The notes beneath the pieces are model-generated. The model saw nothing but the letters and a program-made list of their open reading frames with translations. It did not search any database and was not told where the DNA came from. A stretch of 64,000 nt of DNA from the NCBI GenBank assembly GCA_012797845.1, contig JAAZOH010000040.1:57072-121071 (forward strand), in the 5' to 3' direction. A program made the position numbers and the translations under genes. Position 1 is the stretch's first letter. Every line of letters begins with the position of its first letter. Positions 28,958-37,732 of the stretch are shown in pieces. Source of the stretch: Candidatus Beckwithbacteria bacterium. Its GTDB lineage: Bacteria > Patescibacteriota > Microgenomatia > UBA1400 > UBA1449.

Positions 28958-31123
28958 TTATTTTTCCTGCCAAGGAAATGTAATAGTACTTGTCCCAATT
29001 GATGTATCACCATCTTTATATAGTAAATCAATGCTTACAGTTCCGATACCCGTGTGGGCTACACAAGTCAAAAGCTCATCAGAACACGTTCCTAAAAAGA
29101 TCGGATCCAAAATGAGTTGGTTTTGATTGAGTGGCTTATAGGCTTTTCCTTTAATTGTTTCTTCTACTGGTTCATTGCTATACAGATGGTGATAGGAAAT
29201 TGCATAGTCAAGTTCATCAAATCCCCAAGCATTACTAAAGCCAATTAGTAAATAGCTATCCTCTTGGTCTACGGAAACTGAGATATGGCTATGAGGGTTG
29301 GTCCCGGGATTAGGTGTTGCTAATTCTATCCAATCTGAAGGACTATCGGTATCAAAACCTAATGGACTTCTAGCTATTGAATGGCCTTCGGCCACTGCTA
29401 AAGTCCAATCAGGATACAAATGCGGAAAATTATTTGAACATGTTCCGCCATCACAAGAACCTTGTTCCCAGGCTACAAAATCAACAATTTGATCATCACT
29501 GTTTCTAAGTGTTAGCTGGTCACCGTCATTATTAAGCCAAGCTGCAGCACCAGCAAGTTGCACTATCACTGCCCCATTATCGCTAAAGCAATGAATCCAG
29601 GTCCCATTATCATGAGATAAAAGTGCAAAACCATAGGCTGGTATCTCAGGATTACCAGTGATTGTGACCGAACCGGCGTTATCGCTTAAGCTCCAATTTT
29701 TAATATTGACTGCAAAATTATTGGGATTATATAGCTCAATCCACTCACTACTGGCTTCATCGCAGTGAGTAGTATTGGCTACATCATAGTACACCTCATT
29801 GATTACGATTTTAGTAAACTCAGGTCCTGCTGGTATTTTGTGATTACCAAAATCAATATCTTCATAAAGATCTGGACCTGGGAATACGTAGTATTTACTA
29901 CTTGGCATAGTTTGCTGCCAACCGGTTTGGTTTTCTTCAGCCACTACGATTTCGCCATCAACATTGCTCAAGTCTAGTTCATACAGACCATCGGTATCAG
30001 TAATATCAGAACTTACTACTTTAAAGATAGTGACATTTAAATTACCTGTGTTGTTTGTATACAGAATGTCATATATTTTGAAGTTGACCGAAGCCCCAGT
30101 TCCAACCAAACTAGTCCAGTATTCGTGATCACTAGCATAAGGCCCCCAATCAGGAGATGCGCCATCAATTTGTAAATCAAGCAATTCGTATCCATAAGAT
30201 TCCAAACCATTAACTGTATCTGTCCAGTTGGTATCTGGGTTGCGGACTGAGTATTTGGCATCTGCCGTCAAATCGGTATCAGCTTGGTAAGTCCCGGTAA
30301 CCCTCACTAGATATGTAGCTCCATTTTCCAAAACTTCAGAATCTATGCCTGTATTATCATCGGCTGGAACACTAAGTTCCTCAACTTCCTGAGCCGCAAA
30401 AATGTTCCAACCTTCCAAACCTGGTTCAGCTTCATCTTTATCACCATTGCCATCCAAATCATTAAATTTCATGCCAGTTACTTTAGCCCATGACCCGGTT
30501 GAAACACTATTTGCTAAGATTTCTTCATCCCAAAAAGCCTGCCCATAGCTATGCTGCTGCATCCAGGCTTTCGCAACGTATGAAAAATTACAGCTTAAAT
30601 TTCCTAGATTCGGATTCGGATCATCAGGTAAAGAGACCTGATATTCAAACCAATGTTGAGCTAAACCATAATCCGGATTTGGGTAGTAATCAGCAGTAGG
30701 AAAAGATAAATCACCATCTAAACCATTTGTATTAATACTAAAGTCAACCAAAGAACCAGAGTATTTGTTTGTAATTTGTAAAATCCCATGCAAATCATAG
30801 TATTTTAGAAGAACTTCCAAATGCAGGTTTTGGCAAAGCGTTTCGTCACCACTATCAAACTGGTATTTTTGACTGTAAATAAACGGTAAAGCTCCAATTT
30901 GATTAATTAAAGCGCTGCGGGAAGATTCCTTATCAGGCATAAGCAGAGCTGGTTCAAAACCAGTTTGGACTGAATTAAAACCTAAATCTAAATTAGTAGT
31001 TCTAAAAAAATTATCTGAAGATTTTTCTTGATCACTAAATAGCGCTCCAGAAACCGGTAGGAGATACAGATTCAACAAAATGCTTATCAAACACGCTCTA
31101 GTTAAGAAGCTCAAAAGTCTCAT
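28958..31123 (-). CDS. Multidomain surface protein: SipW-type signal and TasA-like domain, SdrD-B/CnaB-like domain, lamin-tail domain
   Basis: GALFSDQEKSSDNFF; KFNDLDGNGDKDEAEPGLEGW; IVINEV...EWIELYNP...LNNDGDQL. Confidence 0.75.
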   Translation of the reverse strand: MRLLSFLTRACLISILLNLYLLPVSGALFSDQEKSSDNFFRTTNLDLGFNSVQTGFEPALLMPDKESSRSALINQIGALPFIYSQKYQFDSGDETLCQNLHLEVLLKYYDLHGILQITNKYSGSLVDFSINTNGLDGDLSFPTADYYPNPDYGLAQHWFEYQVSLPDDPNPNLGNLSCNFSYVAKAWMQQHSYGQAFWDEEILANSVSTGSWAKVTGMKFNDLDGNGDKDEAEPGLEGWNIFAAQEVEELSVPADDNTGIDSEVLENGATYLVRVTGTYQADTDLTADAKYSVRNPDTNWTDTVNGLESYGYELLDLQIDGASPDWGPYASDHEYWTSLVGTGASVNFKIYDILYTNNTGNLNVTIFKVVSSDITDTDGLYELDLSNVDGEIVVAEENQTGWQQTMPSSKYYVFPGPDLYEDIDFGNHKIPAGPEFTKIVINEVYYDVANTTHCDEASSEWIELYNPNNFAVNIKNWSLSDNAGSVTITGNPEIPAYGFALLSHDNGTWIHCFSDNGAVIVQLAGAAAWLNNDGDQLTLRNSDDQIVDFVAWEQGSCDGGTCSNNFPHLYPDWTLAVAEGHSIARSPLGFDTDSPSDWIELATPNPGTNPHSHISVSVDQEDSYLLIGFSNAWGFDELDYAISYHHLYSNEPVEETIKGKAYKPLNQNQLILDPIFLGTCSDELLTCVAHTGIGTVSIDLLYKDGDTSIGTSTITFPWQEK

Positions 31124-31159
31124 CTACGTCTTTAACCTAACTTTTTAATTATTACTAGA

Positions 31160-31621
31160 TTAATTTTCGTCAAAAACAACTAATTCAGCAGGAAACCCTA
31201 GGGTTGTCGAAATACCGCCTACTGCAATTCTAAATCTATTAACTAAATTACTATCTTCAAAAAAACCTAAATAACCTAAGGCTTCCATTGCTGCACTTAC
31301 TGCTGGTCTAAATTTCTTATCTAGGTTAGCTAGACCATCTAATCCTTCACTACAATTAAACTTATTTATTTGTCTCTTACTCGCTCTAGACTCATGAGCT
31401 AAATTACAGAGAATCCAGGCTGATAATAATTGACGTGCTTTTTGTCTTTGGATTTCTTCCATAGCTCCTACAGGGATTTCATCAAGCCCTGCAGCTGAAG
31501 CTGCTGATTCCTGTACATCAAACGACCTTGCCAAAGGTAATCCCACTGTCCCTTCTCTTCCACCTGCTTCCATAGCAGCTTCTTCAACATGCGATGGAAC
31601 TAACTCAGTTCTTTCTCTCAT
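31160..31621 (-). CDS. Orphan cytoplasmic hypothetical protein
   Basis: 153-aa ORF with an AAGGA RBS; no signal peptide, unlike its neighbours. Confidence 0.6.
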   Translation of the reverse strand: MRERTELVPSHVEEAAMEAGGREGTVGLPLARSFDVQESAASAAGLDEIPVGAMEEIQRQKARQLLSAWILCNLAHESRASKRQINKFNCSEGLDGLANLDKKFRPAVSAAMEALGYLGFFEDSNLVNRFRIAVGGISTTLGFPAELVVFDEN

Positions 31622-31673
31622 ATAATTCCTTTCTTTATTTCTTTTTAACTTTAAATAATTTTCTTCACTATTT

Positions 31674-32237
31674 TCATTTTTTTTCTTCAGCTTTTTGCCT
31701 TTTCTTTTCTTTATGTTTTAAAGCCATCTGGCCAAGTTCGGTTTTAATATTGACCAACTCGGCGTAAACAATGATAGTTATTGGCACTACAATTAGAACA
31801 ATAAAACCCATTTGGGTTTGGGCAAAAGCAATCGGATAGCCAAGATAAGGAAGGTAGACAGTAGCTTTACCTACTACCCGATCAGATCTGACCAACTCTA
31901 AATCAGGTGTATTATTAGCATCCCCTTTGGTGCGGTAACTAGTTAACCCTAAATCTTTATCTTGACTGATATCTACAATCCGATGAGTCACTGTTTCTTT
32001 AGGATTGATTTCTCCCCGAAACGTAATTACGTCATTAACTTGGTAATTTTTTTGCGGTGCAACAATTACTAAACTTCCCATGGGAATAGCTGGCTCCATC
32101 GAACCTGATTGCACCATAAAAAGTTTATAGTCGATTGGAGTATTGAGCCGGGTCAGCATTAAACTTCCAGCTATAAGCACTATCAACAAAATCACCAAGG
32201 TATAAAAAATAGTTTGAATGATTTTAAAAATCTTCAT
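31674..32237 (-). CDS. sipW: Signal peptidase I, SipW/ER type (S26B)
   Basis: VQSGSMEP (Ser), VTHRIV (His), TKGDAN and PYLGY motifs. Confidence 0.9.
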   Translation of the reverse strand: MKIFKIIQTIFYTLVILLIVLIAGSLMLTRLNTPIDYKLFMVQSGSMEPAIPMGSLVIVAPQKNYQVNDVITFRGEINPKETVTHRIVDISQDKDLGLTSYRTKGDANNTPDLELVRSDRVVGKATVYLPYLGYPIAFAQTQMGFIVLIVVPITIIVYAELVNIKTELGQMALKHKEKKRQKAEEKK

Positions 32238-32307
32238 ATTTTCTTAGCTCGTTTTTAAAAGCAAAAATTGGCTTCTCAAAAACCAACTAAAATATTTCTC
32301 TAGCTAA

Positions 32308-32335
32308 GGAGAGAGGGGCAAATACCCCTCCCTCC
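32308..32335 (-). terminator. GC-rich hairpin 3' of the TasA-like genes (stabiliser or partial terminator)
   Basis: Minus strand GGAGGGAGGGG-TATTTG-CCCCTCTCTCC; no clean U tract. Confidence 0.55.
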
Positions 32336-32359
32336 CCGCTAACGAAAAAACAAATTAAT

Positions 32360-33226
32360 CTATTGCTCATGCTCTGGACATACATAGTCCATATTGTTCC
32401 GTGATTGAATGGCGGTAAACTTGAGATCGGCAGTCAAAGTATCTGTTTGAGCTGCGTTATTTACCTCTACTCCATTACAAGTAAACCCAGTTCCTCTGAC
32501 TAAAGGACCAGTTGTATCTTCAGGTAAAGGAGTCAGTGTCATTTCACCAAAGCACCAACCCTTACCAATATAATAGGTTTGCAAGCCTTTTAGAGGCAAT
32601 ACGGTGTCACCTTGATCCAATCTGGTTCTATCAAAAAAGTTAAGATACTTATCAGCTAAGGTTAATTGAATTGTATTATCAGTACCTAAAAGATTTGCAA
32701 TAGTTTCAGGCCCAAGATAGTACTTAGAGGCTTCTTCATTTTCTTCCAAAACATTGTCACCATCATCAGCCCACCAAACAAATTCAATACCTTGAGCTAG
32801 CTCACCATCCATAAGTTCAGCTGATTCTGTTGCGCAACTTGGATCATCATCTAATTCTGGTTCACTACAGCCATTATCAGCATTGCTGGTTAAAGTTAAT
32901 TCGGCACAAGCCCAAGCATCGTTATTATCAACAGTTAAATCAATGGTATCCTCACCAATATCGCCTGGCTTTATATCCGTAAAATCAAAAAACTTATTTA
33001 CTGTAGTTAAGTCAGCACTAATCCATGACGTATTTGGGCTTGCAACTAACGCACCAGTAATTTGATCTGAAACATAGCTATCATTACTTACTTTCAAATC
33101 AATTGATCCAGCAGTAAAAACATTATTAGTTGAGGTTTCGGTATCAGAAAAATATGCTTGAGTAGCATAGACGCCAATTGCCCCAACTGTAGCAATAGTT
33201 AAAACACTTAGTAAAATTTTATTCAT
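32360..33226 (-). CDS. TasA/CalY-like protein with a SipW-cognate signal peptide
   Basis: TQA-YFSDTETSTNNVFTAGSIDL and IKPGD motifs; AAGGAGGTGA RBS. Confidence 0.85.
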   Translation of the reverse strand: MNKILLSVLTIATVGAIGVYATQAYFSDTETSTNNVFTAGSIDLKVSNDSYVSDQITGALVASPNTSWISADLTTVNKFFDFTDIKPGDIGEDTIDLTVDNNDAWACAELTLTSNADNGCSEPELDDDPSCATESAELMDGELAQGIEFVWWADDGDNVLEENEEASKYYLGPETIANLLGTDNTIQLTLADKYLNFFDRTRLDQGDTVLPLKGLQTYYIGKGWCFGEMTLTPLPEDTTGPLVRGTGFTCNGVEVNNAAQTDTLTADLKFTAIQSRNNMDYVCPEHEQ

Positions 33227-33293
33227 ATTTTTTCACCTCCTTAAAGTGAAATTTATTATTTTTCTAACAAAGCAAAAGTAATGCGTCAACCGC

Positions 33294-34607
33294 TTACCTA
33301 TCTGACTCTAAACAGGTATTAACTTGTACAGCATCTACTGCATCCAAATCATAGCCATCAGCATCACTTTGGCTAAAATCAGCCGGATTACTAGTATCAA
33401 CAATCCGGACAAATTTGACCCAATCAAAACCTGATCCAGAGATATCAACATAAGATACTCCAGAACTACTATCATGATTGCTAATCGTGCCAATATAGAC
33501 GAAACTATTCCCATCCTGACTTACAAAAATATCAGCTGTTTCATTGGGGTAACTAGATCGGCCATTGGTCACCTCATGGAAAGAAATGTCTCCGGCACTT
33601 ACATTCGCAGTATCGTCAACAATCGGATTAGCAAAAGACACAGTAATTTGGCCGCCAAAACCAAGGCTGACAAAATTGCCATCCAGTGCTCCCTCAACTG
33701 AAGCTGGATTGCTTCTATTAGCTAAAACCGGTGTTCCATTTTTACGTAAACCCTGCACTAGGGTAAAAGCCTGATCAGCATAAACCGAATCTTCAATACA
33801 AGTCGGACAAACAAAGCTGTCATTATGCCTGGCTTGGAAAATATTAAAAACCACGTCTGCCATAACTCTGTCTGTCTGAGCTAAATTAAGATCAGCTGTG
33901 CCATCACAAATCACCCCTGGGTTAACTGTGGGATCTTGGCCAACTGCTACTGGTGCTTTTGTTAGTGTCCCAAAGCACCAGGCTTTACCGATAAAATAAT
34001 CTTGATTACCAGCTTGCAATGGTCCGCTACCATCCCAAAGATTGTGACTTGCATCAGCTAAAGTCCATTTGCCATTGTTTATCAAAGTATAAGCCGATCC
34101 TTCAAACAATATTTTATCTAGTTCGTTATTTTCCAAAACATTGTCACCATCATCAGCCCAGAAAATCATATTGAGATTTTGAGCCAGTTCTCCATCCCAA
34201 AGATCCTCTGTATCCTCGCTGTCTCCAGCCGTCAGTTCTGGTTCATTTGCTGTGTTTTCATCATTTTGAGTTAGTGTGATATCCATACACGCCCAAGCTG
34301 GATTGTCTGCTACATGCAAGCTAATAGTATCCTCACCTAAATCCCCTGGTTTAAGATCATGAAAATCAAAAAAGAGTTGGTTGGTAAGATTAGTTAGTTC
34401 CCAAGTAGTGCTCTCCATAAGTTCTAATCCACCATCTACTGAAAAACCATTGTAGTAACTATGATTATCAACTTTTAAGTCAATTGTCCCAGCTGTCAGT
34501 GAGTTGCCAGTTGAAGTTTCAGTGTCTGAAAAATAAGCAGATGTAGCTACTACTCCAACGATTGCTACAAAACTTAGCGTTAACAGGCTTAAAAAAATTT
34601 TTTTCAT
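33294..34607 (-). CDS. TasA/CalY-like protein with a SipW-cognate signal peptide and an extra C-terminal beta domain
   Basis: TSA-YFSDTETSTGNSLTAGTIDL and LKPGD; C-terminal SLGFGG...DGYDLDAV; AGGTGGTGA RBS. Confidence 0.85.
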   Translation of the reverse strand: MKKIFLSLLTLSFVAIVGVVATSAYFSDTETSTGNSLTAGTIDLKVDNHSYYNGFSVDGGLELMESTTWELTNLTNQLFFDFHDLKPGDLGEDTISLHVADNPAWACMDITLTQNDENTANEPELTAGDSEDTEDLWDGELAQNLNMIFWADDGDNVLENNELDKILFEGSAYTLINNGKWTLADASHNLWDGSGPLQAGNQDYFIGKAWCFGTLTKAPVAVGQDPTVNPGVICDGTADLNLAQTDRVMADVVFNIFQARHNDSFVCPTCIEDSVYADQAFTLVQGLRKNGTPVLANRSNPASVEGALDGNFVSLGFGGQITVSFANPIVDDTANVSAGDISFHEVTNGRSSYPNETADIFVSQDGNSFVYIGTISNHDSSSGVSYVDISGSGFDWVKFVRIVDTSNPADFSQSDADGYDLDAVDAVQVNTCLESDR

Positions 34608-34679
34608 GTTCTCTTCACCACCTTTCTTTTATCTTATAGTTTATTAAAACTATCCTTTAATATTTGAAATCTTAAGCAA

Positions 34680-34704
34680 CAAAAAACCAGCACGTGTGCT
34701 GGCT
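34680..34704 (-). terminator. Intrinsic terminator within the leader of the TasA-like operon
   Basis: Minus strand AGCCAGCAC-AC-GTGCTGG-TTTTTT. Confidence 0.65.
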
Positions 34705-34818
34705 TATGATGTAAGACCTTTGTGGCCAAGATTGTATCTGGTAGTGTAGCTATTTTGCATGCTTTAGCAGTATTTTTTTGTACTGCATAAAAAGATTTCC
34801 ACAGCTTTTAGCAATTTT

Positions 34819-34847
34819 AAAGTAACGATTTTCTATACACTTGTCAA
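34819..34847 (-). promoter_or_regulatory. Sigma70-type promoter upstream of the TasA-like operon
   Basis: TTGACA-17 nt-TACTTT. Confidence 0.5.
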
Positions 34848-34903
34848 TATGCATTTTGAAAATTATAGCTAACTCAATTATAGTTATAGGTTGCGAATAA
34901 GAA

Positions 34904-35461
34904 TTATAGGGAAGATTGTGGTTTAGCTACCACCACTAAGCGCTTTTGGTCCCAGAAACCAGTACAGGTATATAACGTCAATCGTTGATCTTTACTTTGA
35001 TCCAGCACTTCAGCTTGATTAGAAGAAACTACTCTAATACTTTGAATAGTAAAATTTTGTACTGACTTATCGGAAAATTGGATAGTTATAGTCTGACCAA
35101 CTTTAGCTTTATTAAGATTGCCAAGCAGACTATTCCAGTTGTGACCATACAAAACACTATTACCCATTTGTCCAGGTAGTGGTGTATCCAAAAGGTAGAC
35201 AATTCCTTGGCTAGGCGCACTCCAATGGCTATCAGCAAAGCTCATTGCTTGTACAGCAACATCTATATCCAAAGCTGAGATTTGCAGTCTAACGGGAAGT
35301 TTGGAGGTATTTTGAGTAGTAGTTGTATTTTGAACTAGCTGAGTATTAGTAAAACTTAGTTTGGCCGGCACATACTTTTGCCACAGCAAATAGCCCGCTG
35401 TCATTAGAAAACAAAAGCCAATGATTAAAAAAACTTGAGAAGGTTTTACAAAACTGCTCAC
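34904..35461 (-). CDS. Sortase
   Basis: N-terminal TM; PGQMGNSVLYGH, LTLYTC and KRLVVVAK give the His/Cys/Arg triad. Confidence 0.9.
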   Translation of the reverse strand: MSSFVKPSQVFLIIGFCFLMTAGYLLWQKYVPAKLSFTNTQLVQNTTTTQNTSKLPVRLQISALDIDVAVQAMSFADSHWSAPSQGIVYLLDTPLPGQMGNSVLYGHNWNSLLGNLNKAKVGQTITIQFSDKSVQNFTIQSIRVVSSNQAEVLDQSKDQRLTLYTCTGFWDQKRLVVVAKPQSSL

Positions 35462-35471
35462 AAGCTAAACC

Positions 35472-36368
35472 TTAACGGACTGATTTTTTATGCAAGACCC
35501 AGCTGCCAGCAAAACTTAATCCCGCTAAACCTAAGAGCATAGCAATTTCATCAGTTGTTCCAGTATCAGCTAAGCCTAAAATAGCTCCACCAATACCGGT
35601 TGAATTGTCGTACCAGGAGCTGCTGGTTCCTAAAATTGAACCGCCACCAATACCGCTATCGCAAATTAGCGTATCAATGTAAACAGCTTGATTAGGGAAA
35701 TTGTCTTCTGCTTCAGCTTCGATTGAGCCTTCACCACTATGGCTATAAGAAACACTGGCTCGACCGTCTTTATTGGTATGGGCAATTTGCCGCATACCAC
35801 GGTAAATAAAGGTAACCTTAACTCCTTCAACTTTATTGCCGTTTTCTCTGGCATCATAAGTCACTTCAATAGCACTATCTTCACAAGTCGGCCCGTTTTT
35901 ACCCATACTAGAGTGTTTACCACCATCTGGATTAGGCGTACTAGTTGGGGTTGGTTTGGGACCACTGCCACAATCATAGTACTGGTTTTGGGCCAGATAT
36001 GGAGCTTGGGATAATCCCCAAACTTCCCCATTGGGCACATAATACCAACCTTGTTTTCTAAAAGCGTTAATATCATCTTGAGAAAGATCACCAATTTGCC
36101 ACCAATTAGTTTGAGTGCCATTGCCACCTTCTGGACAAAAGCATTGAATCAGTAGATCCGAACTAACTTGATAGACCTGATCAGAACCATGGTTATCAGT
36201 AATAACTCCCACAATGCCGTGCAAACCATCACTATAATTTGCAATAATTTCTCCTCTAGGACTAGCACATGATGGAAAATCTGGAGCAGAAACTGCTAAG
36301 GCTTTTTGAGCAAAAAAGGTAAATAGAAGAATAAAAAAACTGCCCAAAGTAATAATTTTTTTCAACAT
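35472..36368 (-). CDS. Secreted protein with an LPXTG-like (LADTG) sorting signal; probable sortase substrate
   Basis: Signal peptide, Cys-containing domain, PT linker, then LADTG, a TM helix and HKKSVR. Confidence 0.75.
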   Translation of the reverse strand: MLKKIITLGSFFILLFTFFAQKALAVSAPDFPSCASPRGEIIANYSDGLHGIVGVITDNHGSDQVYQVSSDLLIQCFCPEGGNGTQTNWWQIGDLSQDDINAFRKQGWYYVPNGEVWGLSQAPYLAQNQYYDCGSGPKPTPTSTPNPDGGKHSSMGKNGPTCEDSAIEVTYDARENGNKVEGVKVTFIYRGMRQIAHTNKDGRASVSYSHSGEGSIEAEAEDNFPNQAVYIDTLICDSGIGGGSILGTSSSWYDNSTGIGGAILGLADTGTTDEIAMLLGLAGLSFAGSWVLHKKSVR

Positions 36369-36474
36369 AGCTATCAGGGCAGCTATTTAAAAACTTATAA
36401 GATAAATAGGATTATATCACAATTACGAATAATTTCCGAAGTAAAAGTAAAAATAGATTTTAAGTAGAGTATTT

Positions 36475-37728
36475 TTAGAAGTTATACTCTTTTTTAAAAA
36501 GACTGCTAATAAATTCTGTAATGCTTTTTTTGAGACGAAACAACCAATCTTCGCGATGTTTTCGCAGGATTATGGTCATGGGCTGGCTGCGGTAAGCTAA
36601 ATTAACCGTTTGACTATCATAACCATCAGCAGAAATAGTCAGCGTAGGATTGCTCTCTAAAAACGGCAGGATAAATTGACCGTCACGACCAGTTACTATA
36701 TGAAAGTACGGGCTGGTCACAGCTACACTATCTAACTTATCACCTGTTATATCTTTAACTACACCACTGGCGACTTGCGGCTGAAAGTATTTTGTCAAAA
36801 CAGTAACTGCAGACCTAGGTCTACCATCTTCATACCAAAGTTGGGTTGAACTGCCAGTATTGGCCCAGTAATTTACACCAATAAGTTCTGGAGTTTCAGC
36901 TAAAGCTAACATGGCAGTATCCAGCCATTCCGCCTGTTCCTGCTCAGACATATCACCATGCAAATCAGGAATAGGAGCACCAAATTCTCCTAAAACGATT
37001 TTTCCACCCGTAGCTTGGGCATACCTGCGAATATCATCAGCTAAACGCTTCGGGCTTTCCACATAGTGGTCAATCACCACAACTCCATCTAAGGCTTTAG
37101 TAGTTTCAGGATCCATAATCAGCATGGCCACATCTCCATTCATGGAAAAGTAGTTGGTCTTAACATCTTTACCGATACTCTCAAAAGCTGTCTGGCTAAT
37201 CTTATATTCATTAATAAGAAAATTGCGGAAGCCTTCAACATCTCCGGTTTTTCTGGGATCACCCGGTCCACCATTCTCACATTCTGGACAAGAGCTAAAA
37301 ATATCACCATCTTTAAACAGCCCTGGGTTGTCTTCAATAAATTGCTTGGTTTTAGCTAAGTGTTCTTCCCGGCTAATGCTAGGGTATTCAAACCAGCCCT
37401 CCCAACCGGCCCAATTACCCCGAAACCAAACGTTCAATTGGTACTTTCGCGCAGCTGTCACCCAACGTTTTAAAATAGGTAAAAATTCCACATCATAGGG
37501 GGTAGCAATAGCTACATGAGTAGCTCCGGTTTTGGCAATATTGCTGATCTGGACATCAATAACCATATCAAAATCCCGATCACCTAATTTTTCCCGAGCT
37601 TTATCACGGGAGTATTTCATGGTATCAACCGACTGCACCTGCCACCAGGGAACTTCATTATCAGCGTAAACTGGTTGGGGAAACAGTAAAAATAGACAGA
37701 TGATTAAGCTAATTAGAATCTTTTTCAT
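36475..37728 (-). CDS. Secreted glycoside hydrolase-like (clan GH-A) protein with a carboxypeptidase-regulatory-like domain
   Basis: Signal MKKILIS; PECENG and VLGEFG candidate catalytic Glu motifs; GVVKD...TGRDGQF...ISADGY. Confidence 0.6.
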   Translation of the reverse strand: MKKILISLIICLFLLFPQPVYADNEVPWWQVQSVDTMKYSRDKAREKLGDRDFDMVIDVQISNIAKTGATHVAIATPYDVEFLPILKRWVTAARKYQLNVWFRGNWAGWEGWFEYPSISREEHLAKTKQFIEDNPGLFKDGDIFSSCPECENGGPGDPRKTGDVEGFRNFLINEYKISQTAFESIGKDVKTNYFSMNGDVAMLIMDPETTKALDGVVVIDHYVESPKRLADDIRRYAQATGGKIVLGEFGAPIPDLHGDMSEQEQAEWLDTAMLALAETPELIGVNYWANTGSSTQLWYEDGRPRSAVTVLTKYFQPQVASGVVKDITGDKLDSVAVTSPYFHIVTGRDGQFILPFLESNPTLTISADGYDSQTVNLAYRSQPMTIILRKHREDWLFRLKKSITEFISSLFKKEYNF

Positions 37729-37732
37729 AGCT

